Source: Schmidtea polychroa
Taxonomy: Eukaryota
Length of the DNA: 64,000 bases
NCBI GenBank assembly: GCA_044892525.1
Contig: CM097885.1
Span: 21,950,001-22,014,000, forward strand
Direction: 5' to 3'
The notes under the pieces: generated by a model
Databases searched by the model: none
Seen by the model: the letters and a program-made list of their open reading frames with translations, nothing else
What the model was told of the DNA's origin: nothing
Part shown: positions 37,331 to 49,657 of the stretch, piece after piece
Numbering within the stretch: position 1 is the stretch's first letter
Layout of the letters: each line of letters opens with the position of its first letter
Translations under genes and position numbers: made by a program

Positions 37331-39249
37331 AAAAAATATAAAATTGGTATTTTTTCATGTAATTAGAATTTGCGGTAACTGTGGTGGCCTATTCTTGTTG
37401 GAAAGGTTTTCTTAGAGAAAGTTCGCAGCTGTAAAATTATTAGAAAATGCAGTGGCTATTTCTAATATGTGCATATTCTAATATGTGCAGGGTGTGCATT
37501 GCACACCCTGGCAAAATTATGAAAGATAATCAAAATCAGAGTTTTATGATCATGTAGTTGATGATTTTGTTAGTAGTGTTGGGCTAGAACTGATTCCTAG
37601 ACCCAAACTTCTAATTGTGACTGGAATGCGTAGGTACACAACATGCAAAAAGCAAAAAGTATAGTTAAATATTAAAAACCACACCAAATAAACAATAGTA
37701 ATTAAAGGAAAAACAACAAAAACCTAAAACACAGAAATTAAATAAAATTCATACAAAAGCAAGCAGTTATGCCAAATCTAACTCAAAAATAACCAAATAA
37801 ACATAGAATTACAAAAAGCAAACTCGAATAACTTAAAAGACGATAAAAACAGTAAAAAGATTCCAGAAAAACCCAGAACATTCCATAAAAATGGCGATGA
37901 CCATCATAAAAGCTATTTTAAACAATAAAATTTAGAAAAATAAATAAATTAGTAGTAAAAGAAAAAAAAATCGTAAAAAGAAATTCATAAAAACATCAAT
38001 TAAAATAAAAATTAAATTAAAAGTAATATATAATGTTCTGGAACCGTTCCAAATCCATCATGGACGTAAATTAATGAAAAAATAATTAGAAAATAAAAAT
38101 TTAAAAATAAAAACAAAAATTATAGCACTAAAATTTCCATTAAAAATATCAAAATCACGAAATAGAAAATTCTGGAATAAAAAGAATTCGAGTTTGTTTA
38201 AATGCATCAATACATACACGTGTACAAAATAGGTATATATACCGACGCATTTTGGTCACAATTTAATCTTTTTATGCCAAAATTTTTCTTGAAAAATTCG
38301 GAACCCACTAATAGTAAGGACGATTGATTAATTTTATCATGATTGTTATTTAATTTATAATTGTTATTTTATTATTTGTGATTTCATTTCATTATATTGA
38401 TTAACTTTTTTTTTTTTTTTTTTTTTTAGTTTAATCTTACTATTACGAAATAAGAGTGAACAGCATTGTGAACGGGTTATAGTCACTATACTGGTCAGCC
38501 TTGTTTCCAATTTAAAGACTACATGCACCATTTTTGGGTCTACGACCCCACATGCATAAAATATAAACCCCTTTTATTAACCGGAGGTCGCCACGAACTA
38601 ATGGTTCTAACCAGGAGTAGGGCGGTAAACCCATACCGGTAGTTGGCATAGTCATAGGGACTATGCGGACGAAATAAACTTCGGGAAAGTAATCGCGGGA
38701 AACATACTACAATAAGGCCTATCGTACCGTATCCAGTTGGGTCGGGAAAGTAGGAAAATTCTAATTAATTTGACTTTTCAGTAAACAACATACCAAAAAT
38801 CAACACTTAATTCTGATATAGGAAACAGACCACTAGGATCATCTAAACGGGAAATATCCCAGACTCAAATTAATATAGAGACTTTCGGTAGTCGGCTAAT
38901 TGCTTAAACTCATATCTGATATTAACTAAATTTAGTATTGTTATTCATAATTTTGTTTAATGTATTTTGGTTCACGATCAATAAATATTTTATAAATCCC
39001 TCAACAATTTTTATTGCCTTTATGCATATCGAAATGTAAATGATATAAAATCTTCAAAGAAAATTTTGAGTCCTAATAATATTATCCATTTGGGTGCCCT
39101 TACTACTATCATGCTTGGTTTTCTAACATTACCTTAGTTAAGGGTATATCCTTGCCATATAATGGCATATATAAGCATATTAAACTTTCTTAATACATAT
39201 TTACCTTATGTTTAGAAAAGGATAAATCATAGATTTTCTCAAATGACCC

Positions 39250-39362
<113 letters not shown>

Positions 39363-39819
39363 ACCCAAATGTCCTAAAGGAACCTATTTTAATGCATAGT
39401 TTTAGATAGTGATATGTTCAAATGATAATTTAGCAATTCCCATCCTTAGGATCCTTATTATTATTAATTATTATTATTAATTTCCAAAAATGTATTATCT
39501 TATGGAAGTATATAGGAGTATACAGTTCCCTTAAAGTATATTTAACTTATATTAGGTTCAGAGAAAGCTAAATCACAACTTTCTTAAATGACCCCCCCCC
39601 CCGAAATATACCTTCATTAACCGTTGTGCCCTATTATTATTATCATCTCCATCATTCTTACTAATATTATTGTTACAACGAGCATTATTATTAATATATT
39701 TCGTGTTAGGATTATTACTATTAATTTAATATTGCTATTACAATGAGTATTATTATTATTACTACTAATTTAATATTGTTATTACAATGGGTATTATTGT
39801 AAAAATATTTCGTATCATC

Positions 39820-39846
39820 ATCATTATTATGATTATTATTATTATG

Positions 39847-39902
<56 letters not shown>

Positions 39903-40015
39903 TATTATTGCTATTATTATCCTTATCATTAGTCATTATTATTACTGTTATGATTATTATTGTAGTTACTATCACTGTTGTCATTATTATTATTATTAGG
40001 ATGATCATTATTAAT
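39820..40015. repeat. (ATT)n microsatellite
   Basis: Trinucleotide run with degenerate flanks. Confidence 0.95.
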
Positions 40016-41657
40016 GTTCTTAATATTACTGATTTAGCGCTATTACCATTAACACTTCCACTCTTATCATTGCCACTATTATTATCACTACCCTTGTCAT
40101 TGCGTTATTAATTAATTATTACAAATTTTTTTTATTTAATTAGCGATCTATGGGATTTCTCTAGGTCTAAATTTAGTTACAATGATCCTACCCCCCTTTG
40201 TTCCCTATATAATTTACTCCAACCAATATATCGATTTTCTGAAATGTTTCTATTAATAGAAAAATTCAAAACCGACATCAATTATTGCCCTTTCCCTAAT
40301 GAAAACTCTAACCAATAAAATTGGTTCTATTTATAGAAGTAACCCTGAATACTAAGGGGTGCCCTCAGTGAAATTACCCTGACCGACCAAATGGACGATG
40401 CATGCGTGTTCGCAAACGAACCAATCACCATCAGCCTCGACAACGGAAGTCCTGATCCTTGACTAAGAACCCGATATCTTGGCGAATTTAACCCTGTTAT
40501 TCCCCAAGATGGATCCAACACATCGACCATTCAAGCTAGGACACATATACCTCATGATCATAGACGAAAAGTAAGGAGTAGTAATGGGTCCTATGATTAC
40601 AATCGTTGATTATGTAAATGTAAGAGAAAACAATTGACAAAAACATATAAAAATTATTACATAACGTTAAAGCGAGTTATTCAATTAAATTTAATAAGAA
40701 CAAAATTTTTATTTTTTAAATAAAATTATAATACTTATAGACAGGAAAGATTATCAGTCACCGCAAAATGCTTAACAACGATGTAGACAGAGGAATGAGC
40801 AGAAAGCCTCACTAAATCCTCTTCAGATTAACATCTTGTCCTGTATTCCCCCACCTGTATATCCATAAACACGAGAATGGGGTTACCCATAATCTGGGGC
40901 ACAAATGCGTCACAAATGGAGGAATTGGCATACGTTAGATTATTATTAGGCCACGACTGTTGCAAAATTCATCCGAATACACTCCTCGTTGAGACTGAAA
41001 GCTGGAAGGATCGAATTCCTAAAAATTAAACAAATGGAAAACTAACCAATTTTTTTTGTCCTTTTACTTATCCAACTGGGATGATGGTGGAGCTACTCAC
41101 AACCCTTACGGTTAGGTATTGCTAGAGACCGAGTAAAATTTCTCGATATGTAGTAATGTCCCTCCTCGTAGTAGGTCTTAGTAGCATAGTAATTGCATAT
41201 TATCGTTAAACCAAAATTTGAAGAATATTAGATATTAAGAATAACAAATTTAATTTTTAATCAAATTAAACAAAATCTTTGAAATATGCGATTCTAATTT
41301 AATTTACGAAATTCTAATTTTTGTCTTAATTTAATTTACGAAATTTTAATTTTTTCTTTGTCTTAAATTTAATTTACGAAATTTTAATTTATTTTTTAAA
41401 TGGTTAAACCAAACTTACCAACCGTCAATGTACAAATTTAATTTAATTTAGTAATCCGCGATCTAATCGGATAAATAAATCAATATGGAAATTAATTAGT
41501 AATTTAATCTACTTCACATACAAAATCATTGGTCTATGGGATTGAATGCCTAGTATGCTTGGATGTAAATCGTAATGGGGGGTTTAGACATGTTGGAGTA
41601 AACGACCACAGATAGAGGGACAAAGATTCGCCTAATACCTCTTTTATCATTACAGCC

Positions 41658-42140
41658 ATGCTCAGTACCGAACCAAAGAAGATACGAGAAGGTCACTCGT
41701 CGACCGACTGGAACCGCGGAGGTAGCGGCGAAGAGGCAGATGAAGCCGTCAGATTGAGGGAAGAATCGGAAATCACTCGCCTAAGGTCTAGATGGATCTG
41801 GTACAAGATCCATGATTGGACTTACCAGAACGTGATCCCCGTAATTCCGAAGGTGGAGCCGTACCTCAACCACGCGTCGTTAGCCTTGATCGACGCTTTT
41901 GACGAAGTGACGGATGCGATAGACCGATTACACCGGCTCGAGAAAGCGACTCTGGCTGGCGAGGTAGAAGACTGCGACGGCTACGCTCGAGCCCAATGTC
42001 ACCCGAAACGGACCGCGGCTCTTCAGCGTGGATTAAAATACCCAAGACGGCCTCAACGAGGACCAGGACGACCAAGGACACGCGGACGCACGCGAACGTC
42101 CACCCGCTCGACCAAGGAGAGCGCGGGATTCGGAGAGTAG
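41658..42140 (+). CDS. Element-borne hypothetical protein (160 aa) with a basic C-terminal AT-hook-like RGPGRPR motif
   Basis: GC-rich open frame, ATG in GCCATG context after a polypyrimidine/CAG, AATAAA at ~42243. Confidence 0.5.
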   Translation: MLSTEPKKIREGHSSTDWNRGGSGEEADEAVRLREESEITRLRSRWIWYKIHDWTYQNVIPVIPKVEPYLNHASLALIDAFDEVTDAIDRLHRLEKATLAGEVEDCDGYARAQCHPKRTAALQRGLKYPRRPQRGPGRPRTRGRTRTSTRSTKESAGFGE

Positions 42141-42557
42141 GCGGAAAACTCGTGATCAAAACTAATCATTTTGTGCTGACCTTAGTGTCGGGTGTATTAG
42201 GTGATATTATGTACTGGATTAAACCTCTTTAATCCAGGATTGAATAAAATATGTTAGGCCTTAACAGTTCATCATAATTATTTAATGTTTGTTTGTGTCT
42301 TGATGGTCGGTGACAATTTAATTGTGTGGATTGTTTGAATTTTTGTAATGTCCATGACGTGGACTATCATCATTGTTGAATACACATTTCTATAACGACA
42401 ACAACCCTATAGGTTGAGTAAGACAAATAGGTCTCGGTCTTGGGGTGCGCATAGCGAAGGACTACGACGAGGGGATTACTTTCTTTTAGCCTTAATGCCC
42501 ATAATAATGCTCGACCCTCGATGTCGATGTAAAAATCATTGATCTAACCTTTGTTTA

Positions 42558-43022
42558 GTGCAGAAACTCTTGGAAGAGATGCGAGCCGATAGGGAACAGG
42601 CACAACGACAGGTAGACGAATACCGGACTAAGTGGACACGAGTCAAGGCCCACTGTCGGAACTTCGAGTGCACCTGGTTCCCACCAGCGGAGATGAAGAA
42701 GAAGATGAAGTTAATCACCCAACTACAACTTCAGAATGCTCAAGAACAGATTGAGTTGCGGGCCCTCCGCTTAAGGGTGAGGGAACTGGAAGTCAAGGTG
42801 CACCAACATGAGCTGGAGCGAGAGGTCATTGCCAAGATCCGGCCTTTAGATGAGTTGCTCCATCGACCGAAAGGACCTGCCCCCTCAACAGAAGCCCCAA
42901 GGAAGAAGATTCGGCCGGGAATAGCGGCCCGAGCGAGGATAAGGCAGGCCAGCCAGGCCCAATTAGCTCTCCGTGCTACTGAATCGGAGGCTGCTCCAAG
43001 AGAACCAACTATCACACGATAA
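42558..43022 (+). CDS. Element-borne hypothetical coiled-coil protein (ETWFxP-type); start uncertain, possibly spliced
   Basis: GC-rich ORF homologous to the minus-strand ORF at 52241-52534; AATAAA at ~43040. Confidence 0.6.
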   Translation: MQKLLEEMRADREQAQRQVDEYRTKWTRVKAHCRNFECTWFPPAEMKKKMKLITQLQLQNAQEQIELRALRLRVRELEVKVHQHELEREVIAKIRPLDELLHRPKGPAPSTEAPRKKIRPGIAARARIRQASQAQLALRATESEAAPREPTITR

Positions 43023-43598
43023 GCTAGGCATGTTGTCCAAATAAAACCCTTCCTAGCGCGTTCATAGCGATGCATTTTGATTTTCTTTTATTAAAATGTT
43101 AATTGTCGTAACGGGGACGAAAAGAAATCGGACATAGGCCTTCTATCGGCAGTCCGTGAACCCCAGCGGGTGCTAGACAATTATAGTATGTTAAGCATGC
43201 TCACTTTTTGCTAGCGCCCAAACCCTTGATACAGTACCAACGTTGATTGCTCAACGGGTATCAAGTGGTCAGCTATAAAGTGTATCCTTGGTTACGCTGG
43301 AAACAGCATGAGGAGGTAAAAAGATTTACAGTACCTGTAACCCACCAGTAGTACGGATAGACATATGGATTTTGAGTACAAATAAATAATAAAAAATTAA
43401 AGGCGTCTTTAATGTACACTTTTATGGTTTTTTAATATTATTGTTGTCGTTCTCTGCACACCCTGCATGAAAACCAACTGTGTGCCACTGCGAAAATGGC
43501 TTCTTAATTGAGTCATGATAAAACATTAAATAGACAATCTTTAAACATTCATAATTCACCTCAATTCAAATTCATTAGTGCAATTAAATATTTAGTTA

Positions 43599-44540
43599 TC
43601 TAATATATAATCGTGAGTGTGTGTCTGTCTGTCTGTATATTTACTATATAAATCCAAATTTCTGAGGATATCTCAACCAAATTTTTCACAGCTTCCTCTT
43701 TTACCCAGGCTGAGATTAAAACCTACTTTCTACACAGAAATGTTGACCCCGTTTGGTATCTTATTTATTGATCCTGTTTTCTGATTATTACGCAAATTAC
43801 CAGTAAACAGCATAATTCAGAAAGTTATCAGAAACAAAAAGTGTTCCTTGGCGTGGGTTTGAATAACAAATTGTTCATGATTTTTTGACAGCCTCTTACC
43901 CAAACCGTTTAGGTTACACTAGGATAAAACGGAGTCAATGGGTCAAAATAAGGCACAGTGTTTGAAGCAAATGTTGTTTATCCGGGTGGGTTTATATAAC
44001 AAAATTTTAATTTCAGTGAGGTAAAATGGCATAGGGAGCGGAGGGATCACCGAGAGAGCAAAATAATCTAGCTATTAGCCGTTAATGATTGAGGTTCAAA
44101 GATTTTTAGTACTTTCCTTTTCGAACATGCCCTGACTGCACCATTCTCGCCAAAAATCACCAAGATCAATAACAGGCCTTGGAGGCAAATATATCTGAAA
44201 TACAACTTGGGATTTAATAATTTACTTCATATCTGCTAATTTCTATGTCTCTCATTACTTTGTAACAGCTATAAATAGCTACTACACATAAGAACATGAA
44301 TCACTTTGTGAGACAAAACTAAAGCTCTAAGTTTAGTCAAAGCTGCAATAATTTCAAATAGAAAGGTGGAAATAAGCGAAACTGGATTAAAACTTTTGTA
44401 AAGGTTAAGATTCTTTGTTTAATTCAACTTCTTATTTATTTTTTGGTTATATTCATTAGTGCAATTAGTGTTTTTGTTGAAAGAGAACAATTTTACAACA
44501 CAACTTATGTTGCCCTGGGCCGACCGGGTACCCCAGGTTG
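43599..44540 (+). mobile_element. Non-autonomous Helitron
   Basis: 5' A|TCTAATATATAA...GTGTCTGTCTGTCTGT. 3' GC-rich hairpin GCCCTGGGCCGACCGGGT followed by a degenerate CTAG-type end (CAGGTTG|T). No TSD. Confidence 0.7.
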
Positions 44541-45868
44541 TCATATATATTTCGGAACAACAAAATTCAAACAAATTTTATTTATTTAAAGTATATTTTA
44601 GAATATGGAAAAGCATTTATTCCACTTGATGTGATCAAACAATACAAAATACAAATTAAAATATAAAGAAATCACAAAATAGTTCAATAAAACTTTTACA
44701 TTAAATATATTATAAGAACTTTTAATTTTCACCTCTGATTTCTTTTCATTTTCAATTAAAAAATTAATATGAATCGGTAAAGATATCGATGCTTTTTATT
44801 GATTTTCACGAATTTTCGACACAGCCTTTTTCCTTTTTCACTTGAATAAATAATAAGACATAAATGAGTTAGAATTCATAGTAATAAAGGAAATAGAAAG
44901 ATTTTGTAGAGACTAAAGAATGAATTGAAATTATAAGAAAACGATGAAATCAATAAAATTGCTAGGAAAATGGCGAAATCCAAAATAATGGCGAACCCAC
45001 TCAAATGTTCGGCGATGAAGAACCGTTAAGTGCTGACAATAAGCAGGAAAAACTACATCCCGTTTTTGAAATTTTGAAAGATTTGGAAACTGGTAGCATT
45101 TTCTCTCCAAATTTTGAATCTAAAGGAGAGGTTTTTCTACAAACGCAAATAATATATGTTTAGTTTATGACCTTTTAACTTCAAATTGGTTTAGTGAAAC
45201 TAAGCAAATTAGTCCGTATTATAAGATATGTCATTTTTTTGAATTATTTAAATTGAGCCACAAATCATTGTTTCCTTTGGTCTGAGTCAAAGAGTACATA
45301 AAATCAATCCAAACAATGAACTTCCGTTGTAAATAGCTACCCACTGAAATAGACCACCAGCCACAAATCCACACATGTTTTTCACGCCATTCATACAAAA
45401 ACTGTTTTCCCTGGTTTGGCCATAACACTCATAGATATTTTAACTGTTAAAGCACCTTCATTATCAATTTAAACATTCGCTTTCTAATTCCTATAGAAGT
45501 TAATTGATTAAAATTAATAAAGATATATATTGTCATTTAATTTCAGGTTCCAATAATTTGGTAGACCCCAAGCTAACAATTCTCATTTAAAAATAATTTA
45601 GTATATTCTTTATTTTTAATTGTATTCTTTTATTTAACAGAGTAATTTTAATGTTTTATAGAAAACTTTAAGATCAAATAACCGTTACTAGCAATTTAAA
45701 ATTTCAATAATCGAATTATTTTATATAAGTTAACTGATGAAATATGTTTAAATTGACCATTGAACTAGGGCGCATTAATCAAATGTTATCTATTTAATAA
45801 TATTAAATTAATTGTGTAATTCATTAATAACAATATTTAATTTGTTTATAATTACAAAATATTTTTAA

Positions 45869-46362
45869 ATGGATATTGATTGTGCGATATGTTATCAAAA
45901 GGCTGTTCATCCTACTGAAATGCCTTGTAAGCACATATTTTGCTATCTTTGTATTAAAGGTGTTGCGGCCAGAAATCGTAAGTGTCCTCTATGTCGCGGT
46001 GATGTAAAAATTGAATATTTAAAGAATCCTAAAATAATTAAGCAAGATTCATCAACAAGTTATTAATTTTCTTTCTAAAATTAAATTTCATATATTATAT
46101 TATAGATGTTAATCAATATAAATGGTATTATGAAGGTATTGAAGGCTGGTGGGAATATGAAATTAGATCATGTGATGAAATTGAGAATGCATTTAATTCC
46201 GGTGCTATTGAATGTGATATAGACGTTTCAGGATACACTTATAAAATTGATTTTAAAAACATGCTACAGTACAGGATTGACCGTCCAAACAGAAAACGTA
46301 CAATCAAGCGAGACTTAAGCTGTAATAACAGGAAAGGCGTTGCTGGAATTTTATATCAATGA
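45869..46362 (+). CDS. RNF146: E3 ubiquitin ligase RNF146/Iduna-like (RING + WWE), exons 45869-46058 and 46106-46362, 148 aa
   Basis: C3HC4 RING CAIC..HP..MPCKHIFCYLCIKGVA....CPLCR. A 47-nt GT-AG intron (phase 1) precedes the WWE domain WYYEG..GWWEYE...MLQYR...RKRTIKRD....KGVAG. Confidence 0.93.
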
Positions 46363-46949
46363 TAATTTGAACAATTCATGAACAACGTAATTTTCTTTTG
46401 TCGTACTTTCGTGAATCAGAATTTTCTAGTTTCTATTATCATCTAACTCGATTCAATAATTTTTTGTTTTCGAAATTGAAATGGTCAAATATTTATTGGG
46501 TTTTTGTTAGTATTAAATCAGCATGAAATATTTTAATTTGAATGTTTCAAGGATAACGGATATTGATTTTATTTATATAGTTTATTTTAAATGATTTTCA
46601 AAAAAAAGCAAATTTTATATAGATTTCTAAATAATAAAATTTTATTCATTAATACTGGAAAAATGTATGTGAGGATAGAAAAATAAAGATAGAAAGCAAA
46701 ATCGATAAAAAGCACTTTCGATGATAAAGAATGCACACATTCAAAATTTTTATTCATTATCCCTCTAATGCCCAAATTTTTTATCGCCGCGCAAAATCCT
46801 TACTTGCATAAATGAATGCTGCTGAAAATAAATCTGTATTCAATTTTTGTTATCGGTATATTGTCACTTGGTATACCTGCTAAAGTGTTTTCCGCATTAT
46901 GGCGGAGTTGGGAAATAGAGGGTTAGGGTAATGCTGGGTTGATAAACGC

Positions 46950-48250
46950 AAATCATTATTAAGGCCATATATCTATTGTTTCAGTATCAACCATGCTGAG
47001 GCAACCCTTCCTGTGTGAACAATGTATGCTCTTAAAAGAGTAACATATGAGCTAGGCGGAACAGCGGATGCTAATGGAATGTACGTAATGGATAAATTTG
47101 GTTGTAACGAATTTCCAATGTATATAAAATTCAATAAATTGGAACGATCCGTAGACGCTAAATCTCCAGGACAACCAAGATTATTTTTTTAAAAATGCCT
47201 ACCAACCTTGAATATCAAACAATGTAATGACGCAAATGCAATTAGTGGACACGAGAAACCATCCTATTTGAACCCATTTGCTGATCCTCCAAGAGAATCA
47301 TTTCTATGTAGAATAAAGGAAGAATGGTCCGGTTACCAACAGCTACTTATGGGTAAAAGTAATCCTTTAACAGATAATTTAGATCATACACAACCTAGTA
47401 CATTTAGAGACCACAGATATTATCATAGAATAGCACAATATTGATAGCAATGCAATTAAAGAATGCAATTAATAGTAATCATTCAACGTTAGATTATGCT
47501 AGACATAGTTATAATGAGATTAAAGAATATGAATGCACCTGGATAAAAAAAGATCACAGTCTCAAGAAATAAGATGAAAGGAGTGTCTATACCCTGGAAA
47601 CCAATTAATCGAATTAACAGAAGAAGATGTGGGAGTACAGATGGGACATCATTACGGTAATGCAATGTTTCAATGGGATCAAAATAGAATTAGCTGTAAT
47701 GCTTATGATATCAAGGAGGAAGACGCTAAAAATATTATTATTTCAAAATGGAGAAGATGGATCATTTCGTAATCAACATCAATATCCAACAGAGTATCCA
47801 GAAAATTTATACAGATGTTATGAATGGAGATGTACCAGATGTACTATTAATGATTCCTTGGCTAAAATAGGAATTGGGTGGTAGTTAGGTAGTTGGTCCT
47901 GTGGAGGAAAATAAAACACAGAGTTTATATAAAACTGCATCCGAAGGTATACCAGAAGATTTTGAAGATGCTGAAGAAGAAGAGATTCCAGTTGAGACGG
48001 AGGAGCCAGATACTATAGAGATAATTGGTGAACCACCAGAAAATTTAAGATGTCCTGTTTGTAAAAAACTATTTAGTGTTCCATTTAATATAAAATCTTG
48101 TTTATCTAAACTAAATAGAGCATTCGATACGCGCATTATTGGAGAAATAAAGGTGACAGTGACGATATTAAGGAGTCGTTAGAGCAAGATACATAGGAAA
48201 ACGTCCGCTCCGCAAAGCGCATCTATCGGAATAGAGTCAAGCGCACCTAT
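46950..48250 (+). pseudogene. Degraded coding-like region of unknown origin
   Basis: Several frameshifted, GC-richer open stretches (47208, 47627, 47901 with an acidic tract and CPVC), adjacent to a Polinton-related fragment. Confidence 0.35.
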
Positions 48251-48254
48251 TTAG

Positions 48255-48954
48255 CAATGAATTTATATTGAATTTTCTAAATAATTTGAGTAATTAGTCA
48301 ATCAAATTGAGTATACATGTGATAAGTTTACTGATAAGTAATTTTTAAAATTAGTTTATTTCAATTAATTTATTCAATCTAAATAAATTACTTACTAGAT
48401 ATTTTTAAGTGATTATTCTCTTGAAGGAAGATCTTTGATTATTGTTATTTAAATTAATTAATAACTTGAATGATCAGTCTTTAAGATAAACTTTTAGTAT
48501 TTGCTTGTTAGTAGCTGGTTGTTGGTACCTTGTTGAGTTGCAAGAAAGCAATTCAAGGCGATATCAAGTATCAGATTCAAAACTTGCAAATTCAATATCC
48601 TAGTATTATGATTGAATATTTAGTTAAGTGGTTTAAGCATCATTTTCTACGACAATTTTATTTCAAAATAACAACGTTATTTATTTAATTTAATGTGTGT
48701 CTTAATGATCTGAAAATTTATTCAAAGGTCTATCAAAGGTATTCTAAATCTAACTACTCATTGTAATTTACTTTAAAATATTTTTGAATTCTAACACAAA
48801 TAAAACGATTAATTTATTTAAAAAGCATTTCATAAAATACACTGAAGAAATAAAATTTTTAGTTGGTTAATTTGTTATTGTGTACACCATTTAATGTATA
48901 GAGAATTCTGTGATTTGTACAAATTCTTCAAAGTTAATTTGTCCTTTTAGACAC
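48255..48954 (-). mobile_element. Degraded fragment related to the spacer of the 19576-29327 element (continues at 55409-55570)
   Basis: 48258-48385 ~ reverse complement of 25120-25236; 48810-48860 ~ reverse complement of 24160-24200; 55480-55560 ~ reverse complement of 24730-24800. Confidence 0.65.
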
Positions 48955-49657
48955 TGTTAGGTACTGATCAGGTGGATTGATTCTTCATAACACAGATTAT
49001 ATCTGACTCCAAAGATATAAATATAAATATATTCGTGTAGGTACAAATAATTTAATATGGATTAAATCAAGGCGTGAATATGAAAAGATTTATTGAATAT
49101 GCACAAATAAATATACAACTGTAATAATTGTGTTTCCCAGAAATGCCGTTCAACTCTAAGTAAAGAAATCGGTTATACAAACCGTCCTCAAATAAAGCAC
49201 AAACGCTGGAACTAATGCCTCACAGCACTATATAAAAGAATGGGACAAGATGAGAGATCTCCCGGATTTAGCGCGATCGCGTAGATCAAGCTCGATCTAC
49301 CGTTACCTAGATTTTACCTAGATTAATGTTCTTTCAATGTTCTTTCAATTAATGTTCTTTCTTTAATTATTTTTGTCGAAGCAGAAATTGCTCTAGCAAA
49401 AATTGTGTGACTGTAAACAATTAATTTTGCACATCTTGTAATCGTTTCTTTCCTCAGTGGAGTTAATGAATAATTTCCTTTCCTTTTCACTGCTGTTAAT
49501 TAATATTGATTTTCAGCTTAAATTGTATTTTCTTTATTGCTACTAATCCGAATCGATTTTAACAGAAAATTATTTTCTGATTTCTACAGAAACTTAATCT
49601 TATTTATATAAAATTATATTCTATTATACCTAATTTTAGTAATTATAAATTTCTAAT

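Noticed and set aside
39721..40111. Poly-Ile/Asn/Leu/Tyr ORFs (also 10187, 58798-59134, 60540-60757, 63301)
   Set aside because: Artefacts of (ATT)n and (ATAAT)n microsatellites.
41866..43075. Overlapping alternative-frame ORFs 41866, 41996, 42536 and 42740
   Set aside because: Shadow frames of GC-rich ORFs. Only 42558 has a homolog in the window, and 41658 has the better start and poly(A) context.
44920..45135. Short open stretch ending in a GT donor-like site upstream of RNF146
   Set aside because: No clear acceptor or start, no recognisable homology, and no evident acceptor before the RNF146 ATG.
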